This document shows, piece after piece, positions 34,732 through 44,094 of a stretch of 64,000 bases of DNA (position 1 is the stretch's first letter; every line of letters begins with the position of its first letter). The translations under genes were made by a program, and so were the position numbers. Source of the stretch: a virus; IMG/VR virus record IMGVR_UViG_3300021964_000050, positions 4,337 to 68,336 of that record. One strand, 5' to 3'. Under the pieces are notes generated by a model. That model saw nothing but the letters and a program-made list of their open reading frames with translations. It was not told the DNA's origin and made no database searches.

Positions 34732-35037
34732 CTAGTACGTGTTCTCCACGCAGTCCCAGCCACATGCCGCATAGCCAGCCAGATCAACCCAGTTGTCACG
34801 GCGGTCAGGAGACCATGCAATACGACTCAACTTCAGCATCGACATCAGTACAGCAACGTCGTGGGGTAGTAGGTGGTCACGGTGCTCGTAGACCGACTTG
34901 AGGTAGATGTCCCACATACCTGCGGTCTTACGGAAGTCATCGTTGGGGTCGCCGTAATCGACGTTACGGTCACCGTTGATGAGGTCGTTGGCCTCGTTGA
35001 GCACCTCAGTGCGAGTCTGTCCGGTATTAGCGTTCAT
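34732..35037 (-). CDS. DUF6378-like protein (nucleotide pyrophosphohydrolase-like helical domain)
   Basis: L.EA..LINGDR..DYG.P..F..A..W, K.SR, D.W.DLAGYAA. Confidence 0.8.
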   Translation of the reverse strand: MNANTGQTRTEVLNEANDLINGDRNVDYGDPNDDFRKTAGMWDIYLKSVYEHRDHLLPHDVAVLMSMLKLSRIAWSPDRRDNWVDLAGYAACGWDCVENTY

Positions 35038-35049
35038 GATACCCCTATG

Positions 35050-36483
35050 TTATTCGTCAATGATGTCAGCGTTGAGTATGTACTCGTCTAACTGCTCCGT
35101 GGTTACCGGCTCCGACAACTCATTGGCCTTAGACCCGGCCTTATCACCGAAGATGCGACTCAGTACGCCAGCAGACCCCTTGGCTTCCATCTCAATGCGT
35201 ACAAGGTCACGGGTATCTTCAATATCCTTGAACTCTTTGACCAACTTGAATAGGCGATCCATCTCTTGAGACAGGTTGGGGTCCATACCCTGACCTTCTA
35301 GTTCTTCAGCGAAGCGAGCGAACATCACACGGCTGGTTTGCATCTCCAGCATGGCCGTCAGGACGGCTTGCAGTTGTTGCTTAGTCCGTATCTCAACTGG
35401 AATACGATAGGCACATTCTACATGTTCCTGAAACGAGGGACAGCGGGGTGCTAAGTAGCAACTATCACAACTGCGTATGCCGGACGTGTTGTGACGCAGT
35501 ATCTCTACCTCATGTCCTTGTGTTTCCTGCACTTCATCGCCATCAGGGGTGGTGAAAGTACCCTTCTCAACCACCCTTTCTATGCCTAATACCGGTAGCA
35601 ACTTTCGGTCACTGTCGTGCCTACTTTGAGGGGGGTCGGTAGCAAGAGCCGGGGTGCTAGAAACCGGAAAAGACGATGTGGCAGTTAGGGGGGTGATATC
35701 AACTACACCCCCCTCATTAGGGGCTAAGAACTCGCTCTCGTCGTCCTCGCCTGAGGGGTGATAGGCCGAAGTATTGAAGGTATGCGACTCCCATGCAAGC
35801 CATGATTTCACTGCTAGTCGAGCCACTTCACCGACGTCATCGGCCTGTATGGCTTCGTAATCTACCCCTATGCGTACGATATCGTTACGGTGACTACGGC
35901 GTGCAGTCTCCTTCTTCTGAGCGGGGTAGCGGCGGAGACCGTGGCCGTCCCAGATCTGAGTCTCGCCGTATCGTACGACACTCGTCCATGAGGATACGAT
36001 AACGGTATCAAACTCCACTGATTCGATGGTATCGACCTTACTGGTGATACCCAGCAGCAAGGCTCCCCACCTTTGCTGCAACTGCCTGATGCGTGGAAGA
36101 GTTTTGGCGTTGATAGCCCTGTCACTGATGGCCGCACGTCCATACTTCTGGCAGAGATAAGCCAGACGTTCTACGTCATGTTCGTCGTTCCATAGGGGTA
36201 TGTACTTCTCCCCCAGCCAGTCTCCGTTGTAGTCGGGGCGACCAACGACCATAGTGATGTCGTCAGCATGGGTACGGATGAACTCGTCAAACTTGTTGAC
36301 GTCCTCGTCCCCGTCACTGGTGTAGACGTAGATTTCAGCACCCCCCAACAGTTCCTTGAGGTCAACTGTCTTAGTCTTAGGGATATTGTATTGGGTGATA
36401 TTGAGGGCGATACGGGGGGCATTGTTAGCCGTAAGGATGTTACGGTACGTCCCCTTTTCACCACCAGAGAGGGCGATCTTCAC
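35050..36483 (-). CDS. conserved hypothetical protein; possible TGT/DpdA-like barrel plus Cys4 Zn site
   Basis: 477 aa; SSW.S..RYGET..WDG; CDSC....RC.......C. Confidence 0.6.
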   Translation of the reverse strand: MKIALSGGEKGTYRNILTANNAPRIALNITQYNIPKTKTVDLKELLGGAEIYVYTSDGDEDVNKFDEFIRTHADDITMVVGRPDYNGDWLGEKYIPLWNDEHDVERLAYLCQKYGRAAISDRAINAKTLPRIRQLQQRWGALLLGITSKVDTIESVEFDTVIVSSWTSVVRYGETQIWDGHGLRRYPAQKKETARRSHRNDIVRIGVDYEAIQADDVGEVARLAVKSWLAWESHTFNTSAYHPSGEDDESEFLAPNEGGVVDITPLTATSSFPVSSTPALATDPPQSRHDSDRKLLPVLGIERVVEKGTFTTPDGDEVQETQGHEVEILRHNTSGIRSCDSCYLAPRCPSFQEHVECAYRIPVEIRTKQQLQAVLTAMLEMQTSRVMFARFAEELEGQGMDPNLSQEMDRLFKLVKEFKDIEDTRDLVRIEMEAKGSAGVLSRIFGDKAGSKANELSEPVTTEQLDEYILNADIIDE

Positions 36484-36959
36484 TCTAGTTCTCTCCAGTT
36501 CTTCTCAGACTTAGCAAGTGCTTGGCGGTCAATCTCTTCTACCAGAGTATCCCACCCACGCATCTTCTTCTGTGTACTCCACTCAGGGCGCACCACGAAT
36601 GGCTGACATACCAATAGGGATGGAATACCACTAGCATATGCCTCTGATACCGTCGCTGGGTCGGTATCGAAGTACATACTGCGTCCACCCGCCGCTGCAA
36701 GAATACTTGCTACTTTTTCGGCGTTTACCCTAGGTTCCCTTGTTCCAACAATGTCGTACATGATGGCCTTGATACCGTTGATCTTTAGCCAAGTCTCTAA
36801 CAACATCGTGTCAGTGATGTCCTCAGACATAATGACTGCCATCTGACCGATAGTAGTTTCATGCAGGGTACGCCATAAGTACATACCCTCGGGGTCAGGT
36901 ACTCTCGCCCCCAGTTCTTTACCGGGGCGGGCCAGCACATCAAAGTTGAATACGATCAC
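36480..36959 (-). CDS. HAD-like fold hypothetical protein
   Basis: IVFNFD, WL..NG, YFDTDP..G.P.L. Confidence 0.55.
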   Translation of the reverse strand: MIVFNFDVLARPGKELGARVPDPEGMYLWRTLHETTIGQMAVIMSEDITDTMLLETWLKINGIKAIMYDIVGTREPRVNAEKVASILAAAGGRSMYFDTDPATVSEAYASGIPSLLVCQPFVVRPEWSTQKKMRGWDTLVEEIDRQALAKSEKNWRELE

Positions 36960-37150
36960 TGTTCCATAGGCTCCAAGAAGTGCCAAGAGATGTAGCCACA
37001 CCACATCCATAAGAGACCCTTACCAAAGGGCTTACTACCCACGAGCCTCAGCACACGAGTAATAGTAGGGATCTTCCTCGTCAGGAGGGCGACGATCTCA
37101 TAGGCGCACCCTAACAACAGGGCTATGTTCATAGCCTGCTGTCGGTTCAC
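36956..37150 (-). CDS. small membrane protein
   Basis: YE..AL..IPTIT..W.HF; GTGA coupling. Confidence 0.6.
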   Translation of the reverse strand: MNRQQAMNIALLLGCAYEIVALLTRKIPTITRVLRLVGSKPFGKGLLWMWCGYISWHFLEPMEQ

Positions 37151-37629
37151 CCGATACCAGCCTTCTTACGTCGGTAGTGCTCCACGTAGGAGTTGTACGG
37201 ACAGAAGTCACACATGTGGCTCCACTCATTCTTCGGGATACCAGTAGTACGCCCAATGGCTCGGTGGTCTGCCTTGTAGTCAGCGCACCCTGAGCCGTAG
37301 CCGATGCCGTACGTGGGGCGGTTGTGCAGTTCGTAGCACTTCAGAGCGTCGTTCTTGTAGTTCTCACGCTCTTCCTTTAGGAAGTTCTCAAGACGGTTGT
37401 CGTGAACTGCCTGCTCTAAGCGAGACTTGTCGATGAGATCCAGTTCATCGTCAGCAATGCTGAATAGGTTGGCCTTATGACGCTCCATAGGGCCACCATA
37501 CTGACGGATATGCTTGTCAATAGCGTCACGCAGACTGTGGTCGTGCTTGGCTTCGGGGTCGTTCTCTGCCGCATAGTTAGGCAGAGTATCGACAGTTTTG
37601 CAGGTGTTGCAGATAAGCAATCGTGCCAT
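37147..37629 (-). CDS. Cys-rich hypothetical protein
   Basis: RLLIC..C, C...H.RP, C.DY, CDFCP; GGGAG RBS. Confidence 0.75.
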   Translation of the reverse strand: MARLLICNTCKTVDTLPNYAAENDPEAKHDHSLRDAIDKHIRQYGGPMERHKANLFSIADDELDLIDKSRLEQAVHDNRLENFLKEERENYKNDALKCYELHNRPTYGIGYGSGCADYKADHRAIGRTTGIPKNEWSHMCDFCPYNSYVEHYRRKKAGIG

Positions 37630-37676
37630 GTTGTGCTCCCATATGTTGCTCGGTGTACGAGCACCAGTGTACTAGA

Positions 37677-37904
37677 TCAGGCGTGCTCTGAGAGTGATGC
37701 TACACGAGCACCAGCGTAAGGCTGTGCAGGATTAGCCCCAGCAACAGCGTCGTAGAGTTCCTGACTGAGTGAGGAGCGAACGGCTGAGGCGCAATGTGCG
37801 TCAAAGAGGTCACCACCACGGTCGGGGGCAACTTTCTTCACCATGCCATCGGTGATCCCCTCGCGGAGATCTGCGTTCATACTGCGGGTTTCATTTACGG
37901 CCAT
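37677..37904 (-). CDS. conserved hypothetical protein
   Basis: MAVN..RS.N..L..G.TDG..KK; TAGGAT -10 six nt before ATG. Confidence 0.65.
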   Translation of the reverse strand: MAVNETRSMNADLREGITDGMVKKVAPDRGGDLFDAHCASAVRSSLSQELYDAVAGANPAQPYAGARVASLSEHA

Positions 37905-37927
37905 AGGAGTATCCTATCACTATTGAA

Positions 37928-38911
37928 CTAGGCGTTAGGGTCAAAAAGACCCATCTGATTAGGGTCTCTGGTTGCTCGGCGCTCACCACGGGTTGCAGTG
38001 CGTCCCAACTTCGCCCCCAAACGAGGGTTGTAATTGGGGTACTCAACGGACGACGCCATTTCAACCACACGAGGTTCTGCTTCAGTTCCTGCTGTGGTTC
38101 TCGGGTTTACTGCACGACCAGTGCCGGGGGGCGTACGACGTGCATTAGGAGCCTGAGTAACTGGTTGTTCTCTCTGAACTCCTGCTACTTCTTCCAATTC
38201 ACCAGCAAATTGGATGGGGCCTTGCTTGATAGCACCGGTACCACGGCGTTGTGTAGCAGTATCATCATACCCATACTGGTTGGTGCCCATACCCTGTTTG
38301 GTACCAGAGCGCCATTGAGAGTCCTCGGGGGCAGAACCCATTCGGATAGCACCGGTGCCAAGTTGCAAAGGAGCGTCGGGTCCAGCCCCTAGTGCGCCAC
38401 TAGGAGCAGGGCCTGCTGGCAGTGATGGCTGAGGGCCAATTTCACCCTTGAAACGTGCCGGTCCCGGCCCCAGCGCTAACCGTGACTCGGGTACCTCTGG
38501 TGCTGGCTTCGGCTTTCTTTCCCGGCCCGTCCATGCTAACATACCTCCGACGATGGCCGCACCTGCCGCTTTACCCAAGAGATTGGTGGTTTGACCCCAG
38601 TTAGGTACTTGAGGGGGCGATACGTTGTAGTTACCTGCTACACCCTGAGCCATAGCAGAAGGACCAGACGGGCCAGTGTGTCCAGAGATCTTTGGCTCTG
38701 TAACAATAGGGGCAGGGCCTTGTCCGGGCATACTGGCGTAGCCACCACGAGCCTGAGCACGGCTTACAGTAGAAAGGTTTTGGTAGGAACCACCCGTAGT
38801 GCGTTCCATCTGGCGACGACGGCTAAACAGTCCGGCAGAACCGTAGCCACCCAGTGCGGATGTGTCGCCTCCCCAGTCTCTCTGACCAGAGCGGTCCTGA
38901 TCTTCAGCCAT
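37928..38911 (-). CDS. G/P/R-rich low-complexity protein
   Basis: 327-aa ORF in tightly packed operon. Confidence 0.65.
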   Translation of the reverse strand: MAEDQDRSGQRDWGGDTSALGGYGSAGLFSRRRQMERTTGGSYQNLSTVSRAQARGGYASMPGQGPAPIVTEPKISGHTGPSGPSAMAQGVAGNYNVSPPQVPNWGQTTNLLGKAAGAAIVGGMLAWTGRERKPKPAPEVPESRLALGPGPARFKGEIGPQPSLPAGPAPSGALGAGPDAPLQLGTGAIRMGSAPEDSQWRSGTKQGMGTNQYGYDDTATQRRGTGAIKQGPIQFAGELEEVAGVQREQPVTQAPNARRTPPGTGRAVNPRTTAGTEAEPRVVEMASSVEYPNYNPRLGAKLGRTATRGERRATRDPNQMGLFDPNA

Positions 38912-39224
38912 AGATACCGCCAGCCTTTCTTACTTCTTCTGGGGGGTTGATATCCATACTAGCCATCTTCGTACGCCCCATAGAACGGCTGTCTACACGC
39001 ACGTTACGTAGACCAAAGGGGTCAGCGGCACGCTCTCTTTGCCGCATGGTGTTGTCGAAAGATCCACCAGATTCATAGGGGTCACGAGCAAACGAGCGCC
39101 CCTGAGAGCCTGCGATACCGGCTCCATACCCACTATCGGACATTTGGCGGTGGAAATCACGGTCAGGGTTAACGGGGGCCGTGGCTAGAGACTGTGTGTA
39201 TGATTCTTTTTCGTTCATTACCAA
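38904..39224 (-). CDS. hypothetical protein
   Basis: operon packing. Confidence 0.6.
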   Translation of the reverse strand: MVMNEKESYTQSLATAPVNPDRDFHRQMSDSGYGAGIAGSQGRSFARDPYESGGSFDNTMRQRERAADPFGLRNVRVDSRSMGRTKMASMDINPPEEVRKAGGIYG

Positions 39225-39517
39225 GTCCCTTCACTCATCGCATTACGCGCAGTACCAGACCAACTCTGGTCAGACATGACGCTAGGCATAACCGGCATAC
39301 CACTCATCCACGTTCTGTAAGTGGGGTTATATCGGTCGATATTCATAACCTCGTGGATGTTCCATTCGTTCTTTACGAACCCACGTCGTTCGGGGAAGGG
39401 GTTCTGCGGGGCGGCGACTGGACGCATTGTACGTAACTCGTCAGGAGTCGCCGCAAGAGCGCTTTCCAATGCGAGGTCAACAAGGTACTCACTACGGGAC
39501 TGCCAAGGCTTAGGCAT
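39218..39517 (-). CDS. hypothetical protein
   Basis: KPWQS..E.LVD.AL..RP..FP; packing. Confidence 0.65.
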   Translation of the reverse strand: MPKPWQSRSEYLVDLALESALAATPDELRTMRPVAAPQNPFPERRGFVKNEWNIHEVMNIDRYNPTYRTWMSGMPVMPSVMSDQSWSGTARNAMSEGTW

Positions 39518-39713
39518 ACGGGAGACCTGCTTCCATACAATCTAGGCATGTAGTGTCGGCCTCCTCCGCAACAGGCGTGTTACAAGCATGACAGCGCCCA
39601 TGGGGCGTGTTGGGGTCAGGCTTGTTGACCATAGGTGCTGGTTCTAGCAGACCACGGAACTGATGCGGAGATACATTCAAGTCAGATCTCGTCTGCTTGG
39701 TTGTACACGCCAC
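39510..39713 (-). CDS. small Zn-finger protein
   Basis: CHAC..CLDC; start uncertain. Confidence 0.45.
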   Translation of the reverse strand: MACTTKQTRSDLNVSPHQFRGLLEPAPMVNKPDPNTPHGRCHACNTPVAEEADTTCLDCMEAGLPYA

Positions 39714-39930
39714 GGGATACTACTGCACCCATGTATTCGCCCAGTGACTTACCGTCTGGACGTGGTGTACCTTGCGGGTTGTTGCCCTCGCCTACAGCGA
39801 TCGTAGGGCGCTGACGTGACTTAGTATGTACAGGAATCATAGGGCGTGCAGTCTTGGGGTCGTCCTGATACACCTTCTTTGTAGCAAGACGTGGGCGTTG
39901 GATGCCCTGTGGGTTTGCGTCATCACTCAT
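39682..39930 (-). CDS. hypothetical protein
   Basis: AAGGAG RBS. Confidence 0.6.
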   Translation of the reverse strand: MSDDANPQGIQRPRLATKKVYQDDPKTARPMIPVHTKSRQRPTIAVGEGNNPQGTPRPDGKSLGEYMGAVVSRGVYNQADEI

Positions 39931-39940
39931 TACGTTCTCC

Positions 39941-40396
39941 TTAGGCGAACTTGTCTGGTCTGCGGTTAGGGTCTAAACGACCACTGTCGGGTTCAGGGGC
40001 GTTAAAGATGTCACCGGGAGTCTTAAGCATGTCATTGACATACTTTCCAGCGTCCCTACCGTAACCTGCCTGATTGGTTGCGTTAGAACGCTCCTGAGTT
40101 GCTTGGGCTTCCATGGAACGATCTGCTCCACGGGCACGATCAGCAAGACCACCCTGCCCATACAAAGATTGAGTACGTGCTTCTGCTTGACGACGGTCAT
40201 TGGCGGCGTTTGGCATCAGCGCATCACCAACCTTGCGAGCCATGCGGCTCAGACGCTGACCTGTGGGCATACCACTGCGGACGTGCTCTGAGCCTACGTG
40301 CATCGCCTCAGAGTTACGCCCAGTAACTGGTGTAACAACCGGTGGACGGCCAGTTAGTGATGGATGTAGCGGTTCTGCAAATGGGTCATTAGCCAT
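39941..40396 (-). CDS. hypothetical low-complexity protein
   Basis: GGAGGT RBS before ATG 40396. Confidence 0.65.
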   Translation of the reverse strand: MANDPFAEPLHPSLTGRPPVVTPVTGRNSEAMHVGSEHVRSGMPTGQRLSRMARKVGDALMPNAANDRRQAEARTQSLYGQGGLADRARGADRSMEAQATQERSNATNQAGYGRDAGKYVNDMLKTPGDIFNAPEPDSGRLDPNRRPDKFA

Positions 40397-40401
40397 GTTA
40401 G

Positions 40402-40899
40402 TTACCTCCAACCGGGGGCTAGTCGCTTCAGCATTGAACGCCTCTGCATGTCGATCTGTTCTTGTTGAGGGCGGTCAAGTCCTCGTGGAATACCACGGGG
40501 GCCTGCTTTGCCGTCATTTGTGAGTCTAATCGGTTCCGCACCGGGGGGAGCGAACTTTAGACCCTGAGCCTGAAGTTCTAATCCGGTAAAGAGGTTCATC
40601 TCTTCAGGCCACAAATAGTCGCCGGGGTTGACTCGCTCACCCTTATGGACGCCACGGCTATATGACCTATGGTTCTGTCGCTTAAGGCTATTAAGCAACT
40701 TATCCTGACGGCGGTTGCTGGACTGAACCCCTAAATAGCCATCGGGATACTGCGTGTCGGGGGTGGCTCCGAAAGCGGCGAGGCGGCGATCCTTAGCGTC
40801 CCTAAACATGGGTGAAGGACCCAGTACTGGCTGGGATTCACCGCCTTGGGGGTCGTAGCCCCCGGCCCAGTTACCAAAGGTTTGGTTATTACCTGCCAT
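40402..40899 (-). CDS. conserved hypothetical protein
   Basis: YPDGYLG..RR.D.LL..RSY.RGVHKGER..P.DY.WP. Confidence 0.7.
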   Translation of the reverse strand: MAGNNQTFGNWAGGYDPQGGESQPVLGPSPMFRDAKDRRLAAFGATPDTQYPDGYLGVQSSNRRQDKLLNSLKRQNHRSYSRGVHKGERVNPGDYLWPEEMNLFTGLELQAQGLKFAPPGAEPIRLTNDGKAGPRGIPRGLDRPQQEQIDMQRRSMLKRLAPGWR

Positions 40900-41074
40900 T
40901 AGCCGTACCAGTGCCTGCTGTAAAAGCCATAAGGGAGCCACCCCTACCCCCACCAATGTTGGAGATGGGGCGTGGCTTACCTGCCGCCTCGGCTGTGAGG
41001 CGGGCACGTTCTTCTCGGTTTTGCTCACCGATCATGCGGTTAGGTGGGCGTTGGATAAGCATTAGTCCCACCAA
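40889..41074 (-). CDS. hypothetical protein
   Basis: operon packing. Confidence 0.45.
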   Translation of the reverse strand: MVGLMLIQRPPNRMIGEQNREERARLTAEAAGKPRPISNIGGGRGGSLMAFTAGTGTANGR

Positions 41075-41206
41075 TCCTTTCCTCGGTTGATCTTCTCAAA
41101 GTCATCAGCATCGTAGAGATCCCGGTACTTGCTTGGGATCTTCTCTGCGAACTCATCTTCCTCCAGACGTTCCTGTTCGTCTTCGGGCATGGTATGCATA
41201 TGATTC

Positions 41207-41437
41207 CTACTTCTTATCCTTCTTCAACATTGAGTCGCCTAGTTGAGAGATAGCCCCGCCGCCCGGTGCCTCGCGCATCATGGCATCAAATGCCATGGTG
41301 TTCATGTACGCACGTTCCTGCTCAGGAGTCAAAGTCGGCTCCTGCATACGACGCTCGGGGACCTCGTTGTACGGGCGACCGACCTGACGTCGGGAGTCCC
41401 GTGAGCGGTCTGGGTAGGACTTTCCATGACTAGCCAT
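41207..41437 (-). CDS. hypothetical protein
   Basis: AAGGA RBS before ATG 41437. Confidence 0.55.
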   Translation of the reverse strand: MASHGKSYPDRSRDSRRQVGRPYNEVPERRMQEPTLTPEQERAYMNTMAFDAMMREAPGGGAISQLGDSMLKKDKK

Positions 41438-41438
41438 C

Positions 41439-42452
41439 TTAATACAATTCCTTTGTGTATGGGTCGTACGTACGGCCACCTGACTCTGCGGATAGACCGG
41501 CATCGAACTGAGGTAGCGAGGTTATGGATTTAATAGCCTCGTTACGCTTAGTCTCAACCTTTTGACGCTTAGCGATTTGTTTGTTAGCACGCTCAGTGTG
41601 CTTTGCCTTTGACATGGTGGTACGGCGTCCAGTAGGCACAAGGCGCTCACGACCGCTTTCGTCGGTTTCCACTTTGCCCTTAGAGACAGTCACCGTACTC
41701 ATGCGCTCTTGCATCTTCGGACTAATCGGAGAGGACTGTTCTCCTGCCCTGAACTTCTGGATACCTTCTGCACGAGGGGGGCGCACCGCTGAGCCACGAG
41801 CCATACCACCTACGGCCTCAATACGGGTCTCTACAAGGCCAGCCGCTGTGATGTCAGCCTCCGATGCACCAGCAAAAACGCCCGTCGCTCCGGGGTTCAT
41901 ACGGTCACCACGGAGGCCAGCAGGGGTAGCAATTGCAGCAACCTGACGCTTGGCTTGCATACCCGTATTGTCTCTAGGCTGGATAGCAGTACCCAATCCG
42001 ACGTCTTCTGTCCTATCTTTACGACCCATACTGCCTCCCACTCGTTGCACAGCAACAGTCGCTTCGGCTGGGTAGATAGTCTTACCAAATAGGTATTGGT
42101 GTCTACCCACTTCAGCAGCAAGGGCGGCTGCGGAACCGTGTCCTCTGGTGGCAGTGCTACCGGCAGGACGGAATAGGTTAGGAGCACGATCCTCAGGTCG
42201 CACGTTGGGTGACTGGGGGAGTCTGCTGTGGTCAACAGGCAGTGAGACAAGGTTGCGATTAGTGGCAGAAGACATACCACGGGGGGCGCTCAGACCGGCG
42301 TCCACAGATGGGATAGACTGGACACGCTGTAGTGACTCAGCCTTGCGCTCGCTCATGGTAGAACCCATACGAGGCCGTGGTTCCCGATTGAGGTCGGGTC
42401 GTAGCACCCTATCTTCAGGCTTGCTTTTAGGTTGTGCTTTCCGTGCCATCAT
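41439..42452 (-). CDS. basic low-complexity protein
   Basis: 337-aa R/A/G/P-rich ORF; GAGGT RBS. Confidence 0.65.
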   Translation of the reverse strand: MMARKAQPKSKPEDRVLRPDLNREPRPRMGSTMSERKAESLQRVQSIPSVDAGLSAPRGMSSATNRNLVSLPVDHSRLPQSPNVRPEDRAPNLFRPAGSTATRGHGSAAALAAEVGRHQYLFGKTIYPAEATVAVQRVGGSMGRKDRTEDVGLGTAIQPRDNTGMQAKRQVAAIATPAGLRGDRMNPGATGVFAGASEADITAAGLVETRIEAVGGMARGSAVRPPRAEGIQKFRAGEQSSPISPKMQERMSTVTVSKGKVETDESGRERLVPTGRRTTMSKAKHTERANKQIAKRQKVETKRNEAIKSITSLPQFDAGLSAESGGRTYDPYTKELY

Positions 42453-42591
42453 TGACCTCGCTGAGGGATCGAACTTTCACAGGTCCTTCTCCAGTAACGG
42501 GGTCAATCGCTGATGGGATCTCACGCCCACTAGGCAACACCAACACGTTTTTGTACTTCTTTTGTTCCATGTCAAAAGGGTAGCATATGGG

Positions 42592-42876
42592 TTATCGTGC
42601 GACGGGCTTCCATGTCATTGAAGAGATAGTTTCACCAGTCTCTCCCTCAATGTCATCAAACCCGATAATAAAGGTCAAGTCGATACCACGGGGGGCCACA
42701 AAGCCACGGGCGATAGCACAAGCCTTAGATGCCTGATTGACAGCGGAGGCTCCGATAGCACGCATCTTGGGGGTTTGTCCAGCGACAACTGCCCTTGCCA
42801 AGATAGATCCTACAGATGACGGGTTACTTGACCCGGATACCTTGATAACGTCTTCAGTGGTTGATTCTTCTGCCAT
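42592..42876 (-). CDS. spoVS: SpoVS-like (Alba-fold) nucleic-acid-binding protein
   Basis: IKVS..S.P.SV, AIGA.AVNQA.KA.AIARGFVAP.G.DL. Confidence 0.9.
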   Translation of the reverse strand: MAEESTTEDVIKVSGSSNPSSVGSILARAVVAGQTPKMRAIGASAVNQASKACAIARGFVAPRGIDLTFIIGFDDIEGETGETISSMTWKPVAR

Positions 42877-42918
42877 GGGTTACTCTTTCTATTCGCGTAT
42901 ATACCCTATAGCAGTATA

Positions 42919-43287
42919 TTAGTTGTATCCGGCTTCTTTGAGTAGGCTACTTAGGTCTTCTAACCGAAGAATCGCGTAAGTCTCTCCTAGCGTCTTTTCT
43001 CCCACTCCGGGGCGTTTGACTACCAAGATTGGTAAAGCGTTCCCCCCGACTTCCTCCTGCTGTGCCTGCGATACAGCATCATTGAGCCAGCCTGAGAGGT
43101 CGAACTTGCGCTGGTTCTTGCACTGAATGATTGCTTGACGACGAGGGCTAGTAATACCGTTGATGTCACCGCTGTCGTACTTACCAGACAGGCTAGGCCG
43201 AAAAGCCTTCTTGAAACTGCGGCTACGTAGGTACCTGACGATGAGCGTCTCAAACGATGTGCCTTTAGCCTTGTTCTTGTTTCCCAT
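42919..43287 (-). CDS. Holliday junction resolvase-like PD-(D/E)XK nuclease
   Basis: KAKGTSFE..V.YL, D.GDI, IQCKN. Confidence 0.8.
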   Translation of the reverse strand: MGNKNKAKGTSFETLIVRYLRSRSFKKAFRPSLSGKYDSGDINGITSPRRQAIIQCKNQRKFDLSGWLNDAVSQAQQEEVGGNALPILVVKRPGVGEKTLGETYAILRLEDLSSLLKEAGYN

Positions 43288-43492
43288 TGTGATTCTCCGA
43301 ACTGCAACAGCCTTTATGGCATTGCCACTCGAACATATAGTATACATTGTCGGGGCGACCACATATGTATATGACCTTGCTATCACCGTGCATCAACTGG
43401 TGTTGTACACCATCGACAACCCACGGATAGTTGATGTCTTTGGTACCAGTGCGGAACTCGGTACCGATCTCGGGGGCGCTACCGATTGCCAT
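43265..43492 (-). CDS. hypothetical protein
   Basis: operon packing. Confidence 0.5.
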   Translation of the reverse strand: MAIGSAPEIGTEFRTGTKDINYPWVVDGVQHQLMHGDSKVIYICGRPDNVYYMFEWQCHKGCCSSENHNGKQEQG

Positions 43493-43670
43493 GGATGCGG
43501 TTAATTGGTAGGTGTGCTTTCAACGGGGTGTACGGGAGGAACGCTCCGCAAGTACCACACTTGTAGTACCTGAATGATTTACCGTTCTCTCCTAGCGAGA
43601 GATTGACGAAGCCGGGGGTGCCTGACCCCTCGCAGACTACGTCCTTTGCATCATCATGTACGATATCCAT
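43479..43670 (-). CDS. small Zn-finger protein
   Basis: CEGSG..C..C..H. Confidence 0.45.
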   Translation of the reverse strand: MDIVHDDAKDVVCEGSGTPGFVNLSLGENGKSFRYYKCGTCGAFLPYTPLKAHLPINRIHGNR

Positions 43671-43876
43671 ATATAACCTTCCATCATGGTAATCAGGTCG
43701 TGCAGTTGGTCGTCATCTAACTCTTTCCACGAACCTCCGTCGTCTTTATCAACTCGTGGCAGCATGAGTGCGAGTTCATGACGCTCGTCGTTAGACAGGC
43801 CCAGTTCCTCTTTGAGGACCATAGCCTTACGATAACGGTTAGAGCGTACGTCAGGTGACGTCACAACGCTCTCCAT
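43637..43876 (-). CDS. Mu GemA/Gp16-like small helical protein
   Basis: ELGLS.DER..S.KEL...QL..LI. Confidence 0.55.
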   Translation of the reverse strand: MESVVTSPDVRSNRYRKAMVLKEELGLSNDERHELALMLPRVDKDDGGSWKELDDDQLHDLITMMEGYIWISYMMMQRT

Positions 43877-44094
43877 CGAGACGGAGCATGATTGTTCTCT
43901 ACGGAAAACTTATGCTCATCATTATCGTAACGACGGAAGATCCACTGGCATGGGTCTTCGCCTTCTTCCCAACCAGCCTCTTCCTCTTCACTCATAGGTA
44001 TACCGTCGTGCGTAGAGCAGACGAGGGGACCAATCCAGCCCCTCTGCTGCCCGTAGCGCACCCATTCGTCGTAGTCGACGTGATATGTCATCAT
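43861..44094 (-). CDS. hypothetical protein
   Basis: EW..YG...GW..C.THDG.P..EEGEDPC. Confidence 0.65.
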   Translation of the reverse strand: MMTYHVDYDEWVRYGQQRGWIGPLVCSTHDGIPMSEEEEAGWEEGEDPCQWIFRRYDNDEHKFSVENNHAPSRWRAL

